A stretch of 63,574 bases of DNA, taken from sequence record SRR22947727_139; one strand, 5' to 3'. A model generated the notes under the pieces. It was given only the letters and a program-made list of their open reading frames with translations. It made no database searches and was not told where the DNA came from. Below are positions 37,862 to 47,944 of this stretch, piece by piece. Positions within the stretch are counted from its first letter, which is position 1, and each line of letters begins with the position of its first letter. Both the position numbers and the translations under genes were made by a program.

Positions 37862-40168
37862 TTAATATTTTTGTTCAAGCTTTTTTTGCATTTTAGGTTT
37901 TAAAAATATCTTAACCTTTTTTATCTCATTTTGCTTAGCCTTTCTTATTTCAACAAGGCACGTATGAGAAGTTGGAGCTTGTGAAAGTTGAGATGTACCT
38001 ATGTCTTTCGTTAATACATTGGGATTTCCATGTAAATCAGTATTAATTTCATAATCAGGATCAAACCATGCACCTGTAGATAAAACCAAAACACCTTTCA
38101 TAATCTCATCAGATAATCTTGCCCCTGCAAGAACTCTTCCACGTTTATTAAATATTAAAACAATATCATTATTCTCAATATTTCTCTCTTTTGCATCCTC
38201 AATATTTATTAACACAGGTTCTCTGTCTTTAATTTTATTTTTGAGACTATATTCGGCATTATCTAGCTGACCATGCAGTCTATATTCTGGTTGATTTGAT
38301 AAAAGATGAAGTGGAAATTTTTCTTTTCTACCAAGCCATTCATATGGCTCTATCCAGGTAGGATGCCCTTTACAATCTTTCAAATTATATTTTTTGATTG
38401 TACTTGAAGTAATTTCAATTTTACCTGAGGGTGTATTCAAAGGGTTTATCTTTGGGTTATCTCTAAAATCTTTAAACATAATTTTTTTGTTTTTTTCAAT
38501 TGGTACTTCAAAAAAACCATCCTCCCAAAATTTATCAAACTCTGGTAGTTTTAAATTCATTTCTTCTGAAACTTTTTTACTTTCATTCCACAAATATTTT
38601 AACCAATCTAATTCTGATTTATTTTCTGTAAAAGAATTTTCAAAACCTAACTTATTAGCAAGAAAGGAAAATATTTCAAAATCAGATTTGGATTCACCAA
38701 TTGATGAAATAGTTTTTTTGTTAGCAATAATAGTTGGGTCTCTTGGATTGAGCATAATATCATTTCTCTCCAAAGCTGTATTTGCTGGAAGAATAATATC
38801 TGCATGTCTTGCTTGCGCATTCCACCAAATTTCATTTACAATTATAGTTTTTGGTATTTGCCAAGCTTTAACTAATCTATTTAAATCTTGATGGTGATGA
38901 AAGGGATTACCTCCTGCCCAATATATTAATTTTATATTTGGATATTTTAGTTTTTTTCCATCATATTGAAAAATTTCATTAGGTTTTTCTAACATATCAG
39001 TAATTCTTGCTACAGGTATAAAGTCTTTAATTTTATTTTTACCTTGAGGTAGACTTTTCCAAGGTATTTTTTTAAAAACATCACCAGTGCTATTAACACT
39101 TGAATAACCAAAACCTATCCCACCTCCTTCTGTCCCAATATGACCTAGCATTGAAGCTAAAGTGATTCCCATCCACAATGGTTGCTCTCCAGCAGAAGCT
39201 CTTTGTAGACTCCACGAAATTGAAATCATTGTTTTATTTTTGGAAATCTCTTCTCCTAACCATTTTATTGTTTCTACTGGTATGGATGTAATATTTGAAG
39301 CCCATTCAGGGGTGCATGGCTGATTATTATTTTTTCCTAAAACATATGATTTAAATTCATTAAAACCATTAGTATATCTATCAATAAATTTTTTATCATA
39401 TTTATCAGAAACAATTAAAATATAGGCTAAGCTTAACATTAAAGCTGTATCGGTATTTGGAATAATGGAGACTTGCTTAGCATTTAGAAATTTAGCTGAA
39501 TCATTAGCATTAGGACTAATGTTTATAAATTTAGTACCTGACTCAATGCATTTTCTTAATGCTATTTCTGTAGTATGCTTTCCAACACCACCAGCGGAAA
39601 CTTGCGAGTTTTTTAGAGGCATTCCACCAAACATTACTATCAAATCACATTCTTTTTCTAAAGTATTCCAGGTGTTATGCTCATCTAAAAAAGAGTAAAG
39701 GTCATGACCAACAATGTGAGGTAATAAAGTTTGTGCTGCAGCATAAGAATAACTTTGTAAAGATGATGAAAACCCACCAAATAAATTAAAAAAACGATTT
39801 AATTGACTTTTTGCATGATGAAATCTTCCAGCACTAGCCCAACCATAAGACCCGGCGTAAATGGAGTTATTGCCAAAATTGTTTTTTATATTTTCTAATT
39901 CAAATGCCGTTATATCAATTGCTTCTTTCCAAGAAACTGCAACGAATTCATCAAGACCTCTTAAGTTTTTTCTATTATCTCTATTTTTTAACCAGTCTTT
40001 TCTAATATAAGGCTGATTAATTCTAAGATCATCTGTTGCTGACTTAAGGAAACCTAATCCAAAATCTGATGGATTTGGATCTTTTGACCATTTGTTGATT
40101 TTTATATTTTTTCCATTTTTTTTTGAGGTTTCATAAGTCCCCCAGTGAGTACTAACAAAGTTCTTCAT
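37862..40168 (-). CDS. Molybdo-bis-MGD S/N-oxide reductase, BisC/DorA-type (DMSO reductase family III), no Tat leader
   Basis: THWG, GSYGWASAGRFHHAKSQ, YSYAAAQ (Ser ligand), WAGGNPFHHHQD, TPSGKIEI, RLHGQLD, HGNPNVLT.D. Confidence 0.9.
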   Translation of the reverse strand: MKNFVSTHWGTYETSKKNGKNIKINKWSKDPNPSDFGLGFLKSATDDLRINQPYIRKDWLKNRDNRKNLRGLDEFVAVSWKEAIDITAFELENIKNNFGNNSIYAGSYGWASAGRFHHAKSQLNRFFNLFGGFSSSLQSYSYAAAQTLLPHIVGHDLYSFLDEHNTWNTLEKECDLIVMFGGMPLKNSQVSAGGVGKHTTEIALRKCIESGTKFINISPNANDSAKFLNAKQVSIIPNTDTALMLSLAYILIVSDKYDKKFIDRYTNGFNEFKSYVLGKNNNQPCTPEWASNITSIPVETIKWLGEEISKNKTMISISWSLQRASAGEQPLWMGITLASMLGHIGTEGGGIGFGYSSVNSTGDVFKKIPWKSLPQGKNKIKDFIPVARITDMLEKPNEIFQYDGKKLKYPNIKLIYWAGGNPFHHHQDLNRLVKAWQIPKTIIVNEIWWNAQARHADIILPANTALERNDIMLNPRDPTIIANKKTISSIGESKSDFEIFSFLANKLGFENSFTENKSELDWLKYLWNESKKVSEEMNLKLPEFDKFWEDGFFEVPIEKNKKIMFKDFRDNPKINPLNTPSGKIEITSSTIKKYNLKDCKGHPTWIEPYEWLGRKEKFPLHLLSNQPEYRLHGQLDNAEYSLKNKIKDREPVLINIEDAKERNIENNDIVLIFNKRGRVLAGARLSDEIMKGVLVLSTGAWFDPDYEINTDLHGNPNVLTKDIGTSQLSQAPTSHTCLVEIRKAKQNEIKKVKIFLKPKMQKKLEQKY

Positions 40169-40177
40169 CTAATAAAT

Positions 40178-41161
40178 TTAGTTAACAATTATTCCCAATT
40201 TTTTTTTATCTGCAATTGCATAAGCATATCGAGCAATTGCTGTATCCTGGACTCCTGTACCCGTTAAATCAGCTACCGTGATATCATCATTATTTTTTCT
40301 ACCTAATTTTGGATTCATAATAATTTTTCCTAAATCATTAAAGATCATATCACTTTTGATTAAATTATTTTTAATAGCATGATTTAACTCACCTAAAATA
40401 CTTGTTTGAGCTTGGCTGTCTGGGACATAAGCATCACAATTTTTAATTATATTAGGTTCTAACTCATTTTTTTCTTCTGCATCTGAGCCCATGGCAGTTA
40501 TGTGTATACCTTTAGGTAAAGAAGAATAATCAACAAGAGGTTTTTTACTTGGGGTAGTTGTAATTAAAATATCAGCATTTTTAACAACTTCGCTTGTGTT
40601 ATCGAATGCTGTAAAATTAAGGTTAATTTTTTTAGTGACATTTTCAATGTAAGCATGAGTTTTTTTTATATCTCGAGACCATACATTTACATTTTTAATA
40701 TCTCTAACTAGAGTAAGCGCCTCAAGTTGCATTCGTGCCTGTATTCCAGTCCCAATTATTGCAACTGTAGAGGAATCTGGATTAGATAAATATTTAGAAG
40801 CTATGGCTCCTGCTATTGCAGTTCTTACATCAGTTAAATATCCCTTGTCTAATAAAACAGATTTTATTACACCTGTTTGTGAGTCTAAAAGAATCATCAA
40901 ACCATTACTAGAAGGTAGTCCTAGCTTTGGATTATTAAAAAAACCTGATGCTACTTTCACTGCAAAACTATCTAACCCCTCTATATACGCAGCTTTAACA
41001 TCTGACTCACCGTGATATTTCTCAATATCAAGTCGTAAAATGGGAGGCATTACTGTCTTGCCTAGTGATAAATTTTTAAAAGCATCTTCAATTATAGGAA
41101 TTAGTTCTGCATTAAATTGTACACACTCCTTAATCTCCGCTGAATTAAGAATTAAGGTCAT
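40178..41161 (-). CDS. eutC: EutC, ornithine cyclodeaminase/mu-crystallin family
   Basis: DVKAAYIEG, SGFFNNP..GLPS, GYLTDVRTA, MGSDAEEKNE, DLTGTGVQDTAIA. Confidence 0.88.
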   Translation of the reverse strand: MTLILNSAEIKECVQFNAELIPIIEDAFKNLSLGKTVMPPILRLDIEKYHGESDVKAAYIEGLDSFAVKVASGFFNNPKLGLPSSNGLMILLDSQTGVIKSVLLDKGYLTDVRTAIAGAIASKYLSNPDSSTVAIIGTGIQARMQLEALTLVRDIKNVNVWSRDIKKTHAYIENVTKKINLNFTAFDNTSEVVKNADILITTTPSKKPLVDYSSLPKGIHITAMGSDAEEKNELEPNIIKNCDAYVPDSQAQTSILGELNHAIKNNLIKSDMIFNDLGKIIMNPKLGRKNNDDITVADLTGTGVQDTAIARYAYAIADKKKLGIIVN

Positions 41162-42108
41162 GCTATTATTTTATTAAATAAATTTGCGTCTATATTTCCA
41201 CCGCAAATTAAACTTATTATATTTTTTCCTAATTTTTTTGACATATTGTCTTTCACTACCATAACCCCAGTAGCTGCAGCTCCCTCTGTTACCAATTTGT
41301 GCTCAACAAAATTTAATTTAATACCCTCAGCAATCTTAGCTTCATTAACAAGCACAAAATCATCAATTTTTTCTTGTGCTATTTTAAAAGTATATTGATT
41401 ATCCAAACCAATACTTCCACCCAAACAATCAGCTAAAGTTTCTAATTCCTCAACATCTGTTGGCTTACCATTTTTTAAACTCTCAAACATAGAAGGCCCT
41501 CTTTCCATAGAAACAGCAATTATGTTCACAGATGGTTTTTGTAATTTAATAGCCAAAGCAATACCTCCAATTAATCCACCCCCTGAAGTTGGGATGATAA
41601 CAGTATCTACCTCAGGAAAATCCTCTAACATTTCTAAACCCAGAGTCCCTTGACCTGCAATTACTTCCTCATCATCAAATGGATGGACTAAAGTAATATT
41701 TTGTTCTTTAGCAATTTTTTTTGCATACAAGTCAGCTTCATCACTATTATTGCCAATAATTTCAACTTTAGCACCCAAAGCTTCAATTGCTTCCTTGCGA
41801 TATTGAGGAACCATTGATGACATATAAATTGTTGATTGAATGCCAAGAACACTAGCAGCATAAGCAACTCCTTTACCATGATTACCAGTAGATACAGCTA
41901 TTACACCTTTTTGCTTTTGTTCATTATCCAATGATAATAATTTATTTGTCGCTCCTCTTAATTTAAAGGAGCTGGTAATTTGAAGTGACTCTAACTTCAA
42001 CTTAACAATTCTATCTTTAGATAAATAATTTGATAATATTAGTGGAGTCCTATTGATATAGGGAAAAATAGCTTCATGTGCTTTTTTAATTTTCTCTAAA
42101 TTAATCAA
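41158..42108 (-). CDS. eutB: EutB, threonine dehydratase-like PLP enzyme
   Basis: LKLESLQ..SFKLRGA, STGNHG, HPFDD, GGGL, LAD.LGG.IG; lies between eutA and eutC. Confidence 0.85.
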   Translation of the reverse strand: MINLEKIKKAHEAIFPYINRTPLILSNYLSKDRIVKLKLESLQITSSFKLRGATNKLLSLDNEQKQKGVIAVSTGNHGKGVAYAASVLGIQSTIYMSSMVPQYRKEAIEALGAKVEIIGNNSDEADLYAKKIAKEQNITLVHPFDDEEVIAGQGTLGLEMLEDFPEVDTVIIPTSGGGLIGGIALAIKLQKPSVNIIAVSMERGPSMFESLKNGKPTDVEELETLADCLGGSIGLDNQYTFKIAQEKIDDFVLVNEAKIAEGIKLNFVEHKLVTEGAAATGVMVVKDNMSKKLGKNIISLICGGNIDANLFNKIIA

Positions 42109-42146
42109 AATAATTTACTTTTATTTGTTTTAAAAAATTTCATATT

Positions 42147-42899
42147 TCAGCTGGCTAATAATTTACCATAGCCCTCTATTTTTGAGTCAATATCAACTGA
42201 CCTTAAACAATCCCATATAATAGCCTGATTACTAGATATTACTATTGTATTTAGTTTCTTTTCAATTTTATCTAATACATCTACAATCTTAAGTGCCGTA
42301 CAAGAAACAAACAATCCATCAACTTTACTAAGATCTATTTTTGTAATTTCTTTCTCTAAACTATCTAAGCTTACTTGGGCAATTTCAGAGTCATACTCTA
42401 AATTAAATGAACTAAAAGACTCAACATGAATATTATTGTCATTCAAATAATTATAAACCGTTACATTTACATTTTTTGGATAAGGAGTAAGAACAGCAAT
42501 ATTTTTTAAGCCTAGATGTTTAAACGCTTTCAAAGCTGCTGTTATGGGTGTTGTGACTTTAGCATTTGGCTTTGTTTTATTAACCTCTTCTTTTATTTTT
42601 TTTGAACCAATAGCAATTGTTCCAGAAGTACATCCATATGCAATGATATCTATATGTTGAGATGGTAAAATCTGCTCAGACACATCACTAATATGATTGG
42701 CCATTTTTAAATAATTTTCATGATTTAAAGGATTTTCAAATGGAATACGGTTAACAAAAATATCAACCGGAATTTGATGACAAATACTTCTATAATCTTG
42801 TTCTATAGTAAAATCTGTTGATAGCGCAATTACACCAATTTTAGGATTAACTGTTTTAACAATTTCTGCTTTTAAATCGTTTTGAACAAAAGTGCTCAT
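42147..42899 (-). CDS. eutA: EutA, Asp/Glu racemase-maleate isomerase family; start 42899
   Basis: GVIALSTD.TIE.D, YGCTSG, LTPY, SCTAL, SSNQA; ATGA overlap with the upstream gene. Confidence 0.85.
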   Translation of the reverse strand: MSTFVQNDLKAEIVKTVNPKIGVIALSTDFTIEQDYRSICHQIPVDIFVNRIPFENPLNHENYLKMANHISDVSEQILPSQHIDIIAYGCTSGTIAIGSKKIKEEVNKTKPNAKVTTPITAALKAFKHLGLKNIAVLTPYPKNVNVTVYNYLNDNNIHVESFSSFNLEYDSEIAQVSLDSLEKEITKIDLSKVDGLFVSCTALKIVDVLDKIEKKLNTIVISSNQAIIWDCLRSVDIDSKIEGYGKLLAS

Positions 42900-44002
42900 A
42901 CTTGATTTGGAAAATAATCTTCGCATTCTCCATCTCTGTAAACATCTGTTGTAGCACAATGAAGACTTCCTCCAAATGCATACACGTCTCTAAAAGGAAC
43001 TGGAACTACCGTCATACCAAACCCTTCCATTTGTTTAATCATCTTTTCTTCGGATGCCTCAACACAAATAGTTGTTGGGTTTAAAATTAAAACATTCATT
43101 GATAACCAAATGGATGAATAACACATTGGAGGTGGCGTATTATGAACAGATGGTGCTGCATCAATAATTTCCCACTTATTATTATCAAAGATCTTTCTTT
43201 GCTCATTAGAAATCTTTCTATTTGGATTTATAATAATCACCCCTGGTTTAATTGGTGTAAAACAAGCATCTATATGCGTAGGAATTAACTCGCCTGGTAA
43301 ATTCACTTGATGAACACGGTGATTTGGAAAATGTCTTTTTAACCAATTTAATCCTTTTAAATTAGAGGTAAAATTATTGTGATAAAATAAATCTTTTCCA
43401 AAACGCAATATTTCAGCCGCATCAAATAACGGCTCTTGTTCTGTTAAAATCATATCTTTATCTTCAATTTTTTTATACCTTTCTTCCTCAGTTATTCCTT
43501 CAGGTAAATAATTTGATTTATAAGTAGCCTTAGTTAATCGCGGTTTTGGCGCTGACTCCCAACGCATATTAGGATCTTCATCATAGTACTTTTCAAGTAA
43601 AGGTCTGTAGGCAAGATATTCAAACCATCTACAACGATAAGACATAGGAGCTTCTAACATCTCATTACCAACCGTTAAGATAACATCTCTTGGGGGCATA
43701 GATCCAAATTGCCCATCATTTATCCAGTCAGGTGTTTGAATTGCTTTTGTAAAATCTATCGGAGTTGGGCGGTCTACCTTTATATTATGTGACTCAAGAA
43801 TTTTAACAAAATTGTTGAGCTGTATATTTGCTTTTTCTATAGCTTCACTTGAGCGCGGGCCATGAGATCCAGCCATGCCACTATCTTTACTAATTTTAGG
43901 TTCCAAAGCAGGTTCCATTGGGGGAATATTTGAGTGCTCAACTGTGCCAACAATTACATGCTTTAAGGGATCCCATTCATTCCACGAGTTAACTATTGTC
44001 AT
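42896..44002 (-). CDS. Amidinotransferase (AGAT/StrB1/CyrA family)
   Basis: VNSWNEWDPL, PPRD, FDAA, HID, WLSMN, GGSLHC (Asp-His-Cys triad intact). Confidence 0.9.
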   Translation of the reverse strand: MTIVNSWNEWDPLKHVIVGTVEHSNIPPMEPALEPKISKDSGMAGSHGPRSSEAIEKANIQLNNFVKILESHNIKVDRPTPIDFTKAIQTPDWINDGQFGSMPPRDVILTVGNEMLEAPMSYRCRWFEYLAYRPLLEKYYDEDPNMRWESAPKPRLTKATYKSNYLPEGITEEERYKKIEDKDMILTEQEPLFDAAEILRFGKDLFYHNNFTSNLKGLNWLKRHFPNHRVHQVNLPGELIPTHIDACFTPIKPGVIIINPNRKISNEQRKIFDNNKWEIIDAAPSVHNTPPPMCYSSIWLSMNVLILNPTTICVEASEEKMIKQMEGFGMTVVPVPFRDVYAFGGSLHCATTDVYRDGECEDYFPNQV

Positions 44003-44069
44003 ATTTATCTCTATAAATTAAAAGTTACTAAAGTAATTTAATAAAATACATAAATAAGAGGAAGTAAAT

Positions 44070-45521
44070 ATGAAACTAAAAAATAATGCACTTTTTAAGG
44101 AAACTTGTTTTATAGGTGGAAAGTGGATTGAAAGTGACTCCGGTGAAAAAATCAAGGTAGATAATCCCGCTAATGGTGAAATTATTGGAGAAGTTCCTAA
44201 ATGTTCAACTTCTGAAACACAAAAAGCAATTCAAGAAGCTCAAGCCGCATTTCCTTCTTGGAGAGATAAAACTGCAAAAGAAAGATCGATCATTTTACAA
44301 AAATGGGCAAGGCTCATTGAAGCAAATGCTGATGACTTAGCAAAAATAATGACAATCGAACAAGGAAAACCTTTAGCTGAAGCAAAAGGTGAAATATTAA
44401 TGGGTGTTACGTATATTGATTTTTATGCTGAAGAAGGAAAAAGAGTATACGGGGATATTATCCCCGATCCTATGCCAGATAGAAGGATAGTTATTATAAA
44501 ACAACCTGTAGGAGTTGTTGGAGCTATAACACCCTGGAACTTTCCAAGTACAATGATCACAAGAAAATGTGCTCCCGCACTAGCTGTTGGATGCACAGTT
44601 GTAATTAAACCAGCAAGTCAAACGCCTTATTCTGCTCTAGCTCTTGGAGTATTGGCAAAAGAAGCAGGTTTTCCTGATGGTGTAATGAATATTATTACAG
44701 GAGCAGCAAGTGCTATAGGTAAAGAATTAACAGAAAATCCTTTAGTTAGAAAAATATCATTTACTGGCTCAACAGAGGTTGGAAAAGTTCTTCTACAACA
44801 AAGTGCCACTACTGTTAAAAAAGTTTCTATGGAACTTGGTGGGCATGCACCTTTTGTAGTTTTTGATGATGCAGATTTAGATGAAGCCATAACTGGAGCC
44901 ATGCAAAGTAAGTTTAGAAATTCAGGACAAACATGCATTTGTGCGAATAGAATTTTTGTGCATGAAAAAGTTTATGATGAATTTTTGAATAAATTTATAG
45001 ATGAAGTAAATAAAATCAAAGTTGGAAATGGTTTAGAAGAAGGAATTGTTTCTGGTCCTCTAATTGATCAACCTTCTTTAATGAAAGTTCATGACCAAGT
45101 AAAAGATGCTGTCAACCAAGGTGCAAAAATTGCTGTTGGTGGTGACGTTCATTCACTTGGAGGCAATTTCTATCAACCAACTGTGCTATCTAACGTTACA
45201 TCTAAAGCAAAAATTACTTACGAAGAAACATTTGGGCCAGTAGCTCCTTTGTATAAATTTAGCTCTGATGAGGAAGTTATTAAAATGGCAAATGATACTC
45301 CATACGGTCTTGCTTCTTATTTTTATTCTAGAGATATTGGTAGAATTTGGAGAGTAGCTGAGGCTCTAGAATATGGGATGGTAGGTGTAAATACAGGCCT
45401 AACTACAAAAGCTGAAATACCTTTTGGTGGAGTAAAAGAATCTGGACTTGGAAGAGAAGGTTCTAAGTATGGATTAGATGATTATCTAAATATTAAATAT
45501 ATTTCAATGGCAGGCATCTAA
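44070..45521 (+). CDS. gabD: Succinate-semialdehyde dehydrogenase (GabD/DoeC-like)
   Basis: PWNFP, ELGGHAP, KFRNSGQTCIC, EETFGP, GLGREGS. Confidence 0.9.
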   Translation: MKLKNNALFKETCFIGGKWIESDSGEKIKVDNPANGEIIGEVPKCSTSETQKAIQEAQAAFPSWRDKTAKERSIILQKWARLIEANADDLAKIMTIEQGKPLAEAKGEILMGVTYIDFYAEEGKRVYGDIIPDPMPDRRIVIIKQPVGVVGAITPWNFPSTMITRKCAPALAVGCTVVIKPASQTPYSALALGVLAKEAGFPDGVMNIITGAASAIGKELTENPLVRKISFTGSTEVGKVLLQQSATTVKKVSMELGGHAPFVVFDDADLDEAITGAMQSKFRNSGQTCICANRIFVHEKVYDEFLNKFIDEVNKIKVGNGLEEGIVSGPLIDQPSLMKVHDQVKDAVNQGAKIAVGGDVHSLGGNFYQPTVLSNVTSKAKITYEETFGPVAPLYKFSSDEEVIKMANDTPYGLASYFYSRDIGRIWRVAEALEYGMVGVNTGLTTKAEIPFGGVKESGLGREGSKYGLDDYLNIKYISMAGI

Positions 45522-46408
45522 GAGAGCCAAGCGGCTCCTCGCACACCACTAGAATCACCGTGAACATTTTTCACAACTCTGGTATTTAAAGTATTACTAA
45601 AAATATATTTTTTTAGAGAATTGTTTATGTGATCATAAATATAAGAAATATTAGACATGCCTCCACCTAAAACAATAATGTCTGGATCTAAAATATTACA
45701 AACTAAAGACAGCCCCCTAGCGAGGTGGTCAATATAATTGTCTAAGGCGTCAATTGCTCTTTTTTCATTATTATTGAATTCTTCTAAAATTGCATGGGAA
45801 TCATAATTAGTATTATGTTTTAAATTAAAACAACTTGCAAATCCTGGACCTGAAACATATGTCTCCATACAACCATTTTTTTCACAATAACATTGTTTCA
45901 CATATTTTTTTTCATCATCAGATCTATTTGGCAAACTAACATGCCCCCACTCACCTGCTATATTATTTTTTCCAGCAAAAACTGTTTGATTTACAGAGAT
46001 TCCACCACCAGTTCCAGTTCCAATTATTACTCCAAAAACAACCGTGTGCCCTTTTCCAGCTCCATCAACTGCTTCAGATAAGGCAAAACAATTTGCATCA
46101 TTTGCTAAATTTACTCTTCTATTAAGTTTTTTTTCTAAATCTTTTTTAAAAGGCTTTCCATTCAGCCAAATTGAATTTGCGTTCTTTACTAACGCTGTTT
46201 CCGAAGAGACAGCTCCTGGCATCCCTATTCCTACAGAATCAGAGTCTCCAAAATCTCTTTCAAACTCTTTAACTATTGAAATAATGCCACTTATAGTACC
46301 ATCATAATTTTTTTCTGTTTTAATTCTATTTCTTGCTAATTCTTTACCTAAATTATCAATCAAAATCCCTTCGGTTTTCGTTCCACCGACGTCGATCCCA
46401 ATTTTCAT
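45518..46408 (-). CDS. ROK family sugar kinase (Mak/fructokinase-like)
   Basis: DVGGTK, NDANCFALSE, GEWGH, CYC..GC.E, HGDSSGVRGAAWL. Confidence 0.9.
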   Translation of the reverse strand: MKIGIDVGGTKTEGILIDNLGKELARNRIKTEKNYDGTISGIISIVKEFERDFGDSDSVGIGMPGAVSSETALVKNANSIWLNGKPFKKDLEKKLNRRVNLANDANCFALSEAVDGAGKGHTVVFGVIIGTGTGGGISVNQTVFAGKNNIAGEWGHVSLPNRSDDEKKYVKQCYCEKNGCMETYVSGPGFASCFNLKHNTNYDSHAILEEFNNNEKRAIDALDNYIDHLARGLSLVCNILDPDIIVLGGGMSNISYIYDHINNSLKKYIFSNTLNTRVVKNVHGDSSGVRGAAWLS

Positions 46409-46414
46409 TTTAGA

Positions 46415-46978
46415 TTACTTTAATATCTTATTAAGAGTAGGTATTAAAATAACAGCAAGAGCAATTTTGAATAACTCACTTGGAATAAATGGAAGTAAGC
46501 CAGCTTGTATTGCTTTATTGTACCCAATGATTGAGCCTAAATAAAATACCCCAAGGGTAAAAATTAATATTGAGCCTAATATGATACTTATTAAAGTTTT
46601 AATGTAAGAAACACTGAAACCTTTATCAGCAAAATAACTGATAACTACAGCCGCTATCGTCATTCCATATAAATAACCTGCTGTTGGACCTGTTAAGTAA
46701 ACAATACCTCCACCAGCTGCGAAAACCGGCAATCCGATTGCACCTTCAAATAAGTATGCAGCTAAAGTTAAAAAAGATAATCTTACACCATAAGTGGCTC
46801 CTATTAGAAATACCATAAATGTTTGCATAGTCATAGGCACTGGCCAAAAAGGAACTTGAACTTTTGCTGATATAGTTAATAGCATAGTACCAAAAAGAAT
46901 AAGTGATAAATTTGTTACATTTTGATTTATACCTTGGAATATTTTTAAATTATTAATGAGAATTCTTGTGTTGTTCAT
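46415..46978 (-). CDS. bioY: Biotin transporter BioY
   Basis: PVPMTMQT, GAIGLPVFA, GPTAGYL. Confidence 0.93.
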   Translation of the reverse strand: MNNTRILINNLKIFQGINQNVTNLSLILFGTMLLTISAKVQVPFWPVPMTMQTFMVFLIGATYGVRLSFLTLAAYLFEGAIGLPVFAAGGGIVYLTGPTAGYLYGMTIAAVVISYFADKGFSVSYIKTLISIILGSILIFTLGVFYLGSIIGYNKAIQAGLLPFIPSELFKIALAVILIPTLNKILK

Positions 46979-47002
46979 AATTGTTCCTTCATTGAATACT
47001 CT

Positions 47003-47944
47003 TTAAACTATTTTATATTTTGCTTCAAGTTTATCCCAGAAAATTTGTTCTAATTTAACATTATTTAATTTATTAATTTGTTTAATACCTGTTGGGGAAG
47101 TAACGTTTATTTCAGTAAGGTAATCACCTATGATGTCAATTCCTACAAAGAAAAGATCTAATTTTTTTAAATCCTTACCGAGTTTATCAATTATTTGCTT
47201 ATCACGAAAAACTAATCCTGTTTTTTTAGCTGAGCCACCAGCATGAAAGTTTGCTTTTATACTTCCCTCAGAAGGAATTCTAGCAACAGAGCCCGCATAG
47301 TCTCCATCAAAAAAAATTATTCGTCTATCACCAACATTAATTTCAGGAATATATTTTTGTGCCATTATTGGCATATCTAAATATTCACCATCTATCTCAA
47401 AGCCTGTTAATTTTTCGTCCTTACTTCTATTGATACCTTCACCACCATTTCCATACAATGGCTTTGTAATAATATCTTTATGTATTTTAAAAAAACTTTT
47501 AATTTCTTCAACACTTTGCGAAATTAAAGTAGCTGGCATAAATTCCTTAAACTTAAATGGTAGAATTTTTTCAGCTGCATTTCTAACTGACGTTGGATTA
47601 TTAACGACTATAGTACTTTTAGGCAAACAGTCTAAAATATAAGTGGATGTTATGTAATGCATATTAAAGGGAGGGTCCTGCCTCAAAAAAATAAATTTAA
47701 AATCTTTTAACTTTACCTCAATTTTATCAGAGGTAAATTTGTAATAGTTTAATTTATGATCAAATAATTCTAAAAAAAAACCATTAGCTTTAACTCCGCC
47801 CTCATCAATAAACAAATCATCAGGATGATAATAAAATAAATCATAGTTTCTTCTTTGACCTTCTAAACCGATAATAAATGAAGAATCAAAATCAAAATCG
47901 ATTGATTTAATATCATCCATTTGAATTGCAATTTTATTTTTCAT
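47003..47944 (-). CDS. gshB: Glutathione synthetase; start 47944
   Basis: QMD, LRQDPPF, KPLYGNGG, GDRRI, EINVTSPTG. Confidence 0.95.
   Translation of the reverse strand: MKNKIAIQMDDIKSIDFDFDSSFIIGLEGQRRNYDLFYYHPDDLFIDEGGVKANGFFLELFDHKLNYYKFTSDKIEVKLKDFKFIFLRQDPPFNMHYITSTYILDCLPKSTIVVNNPTSVRNAAEKILPFKFKEFMPATLISQSVEEIKSFFKIHKDIITKPLYGNGGEGINRSKDEKLTGFEIDGEYLDMPIMAQKYIPEINVGDRRIIFFDGDYAGSVARIPSEGSIKANFHAGGSAKKTGLVFRDKQIIDKLGKDLKKLDLFFVGIDIIGDYLTEINVTSPTGIKQINKLNNVKLEQIFWDKLEAKYKIV

Noticed and set aside
37862-40168. Respiratory TMAO/DMSO reductase
   Set aside because: No Tat signal, and no c-type cytochrome, membrane anchor or chaperone gene nearby.
42896-44002. Amidinotransferase as marker of a toxin or secondary-metabolite cluster
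   Set aside because: No NRPS, PKS, carrier protein or tailoring genes; the context is uptake and catabolism.
44022-44039. Short inverted repeat TTACT-AA-AGTAA between the amidinotransferase and gabD
   Set aside because: Only 5 perfect base pairs in AT-rich DNA; not distinguishable from chance.
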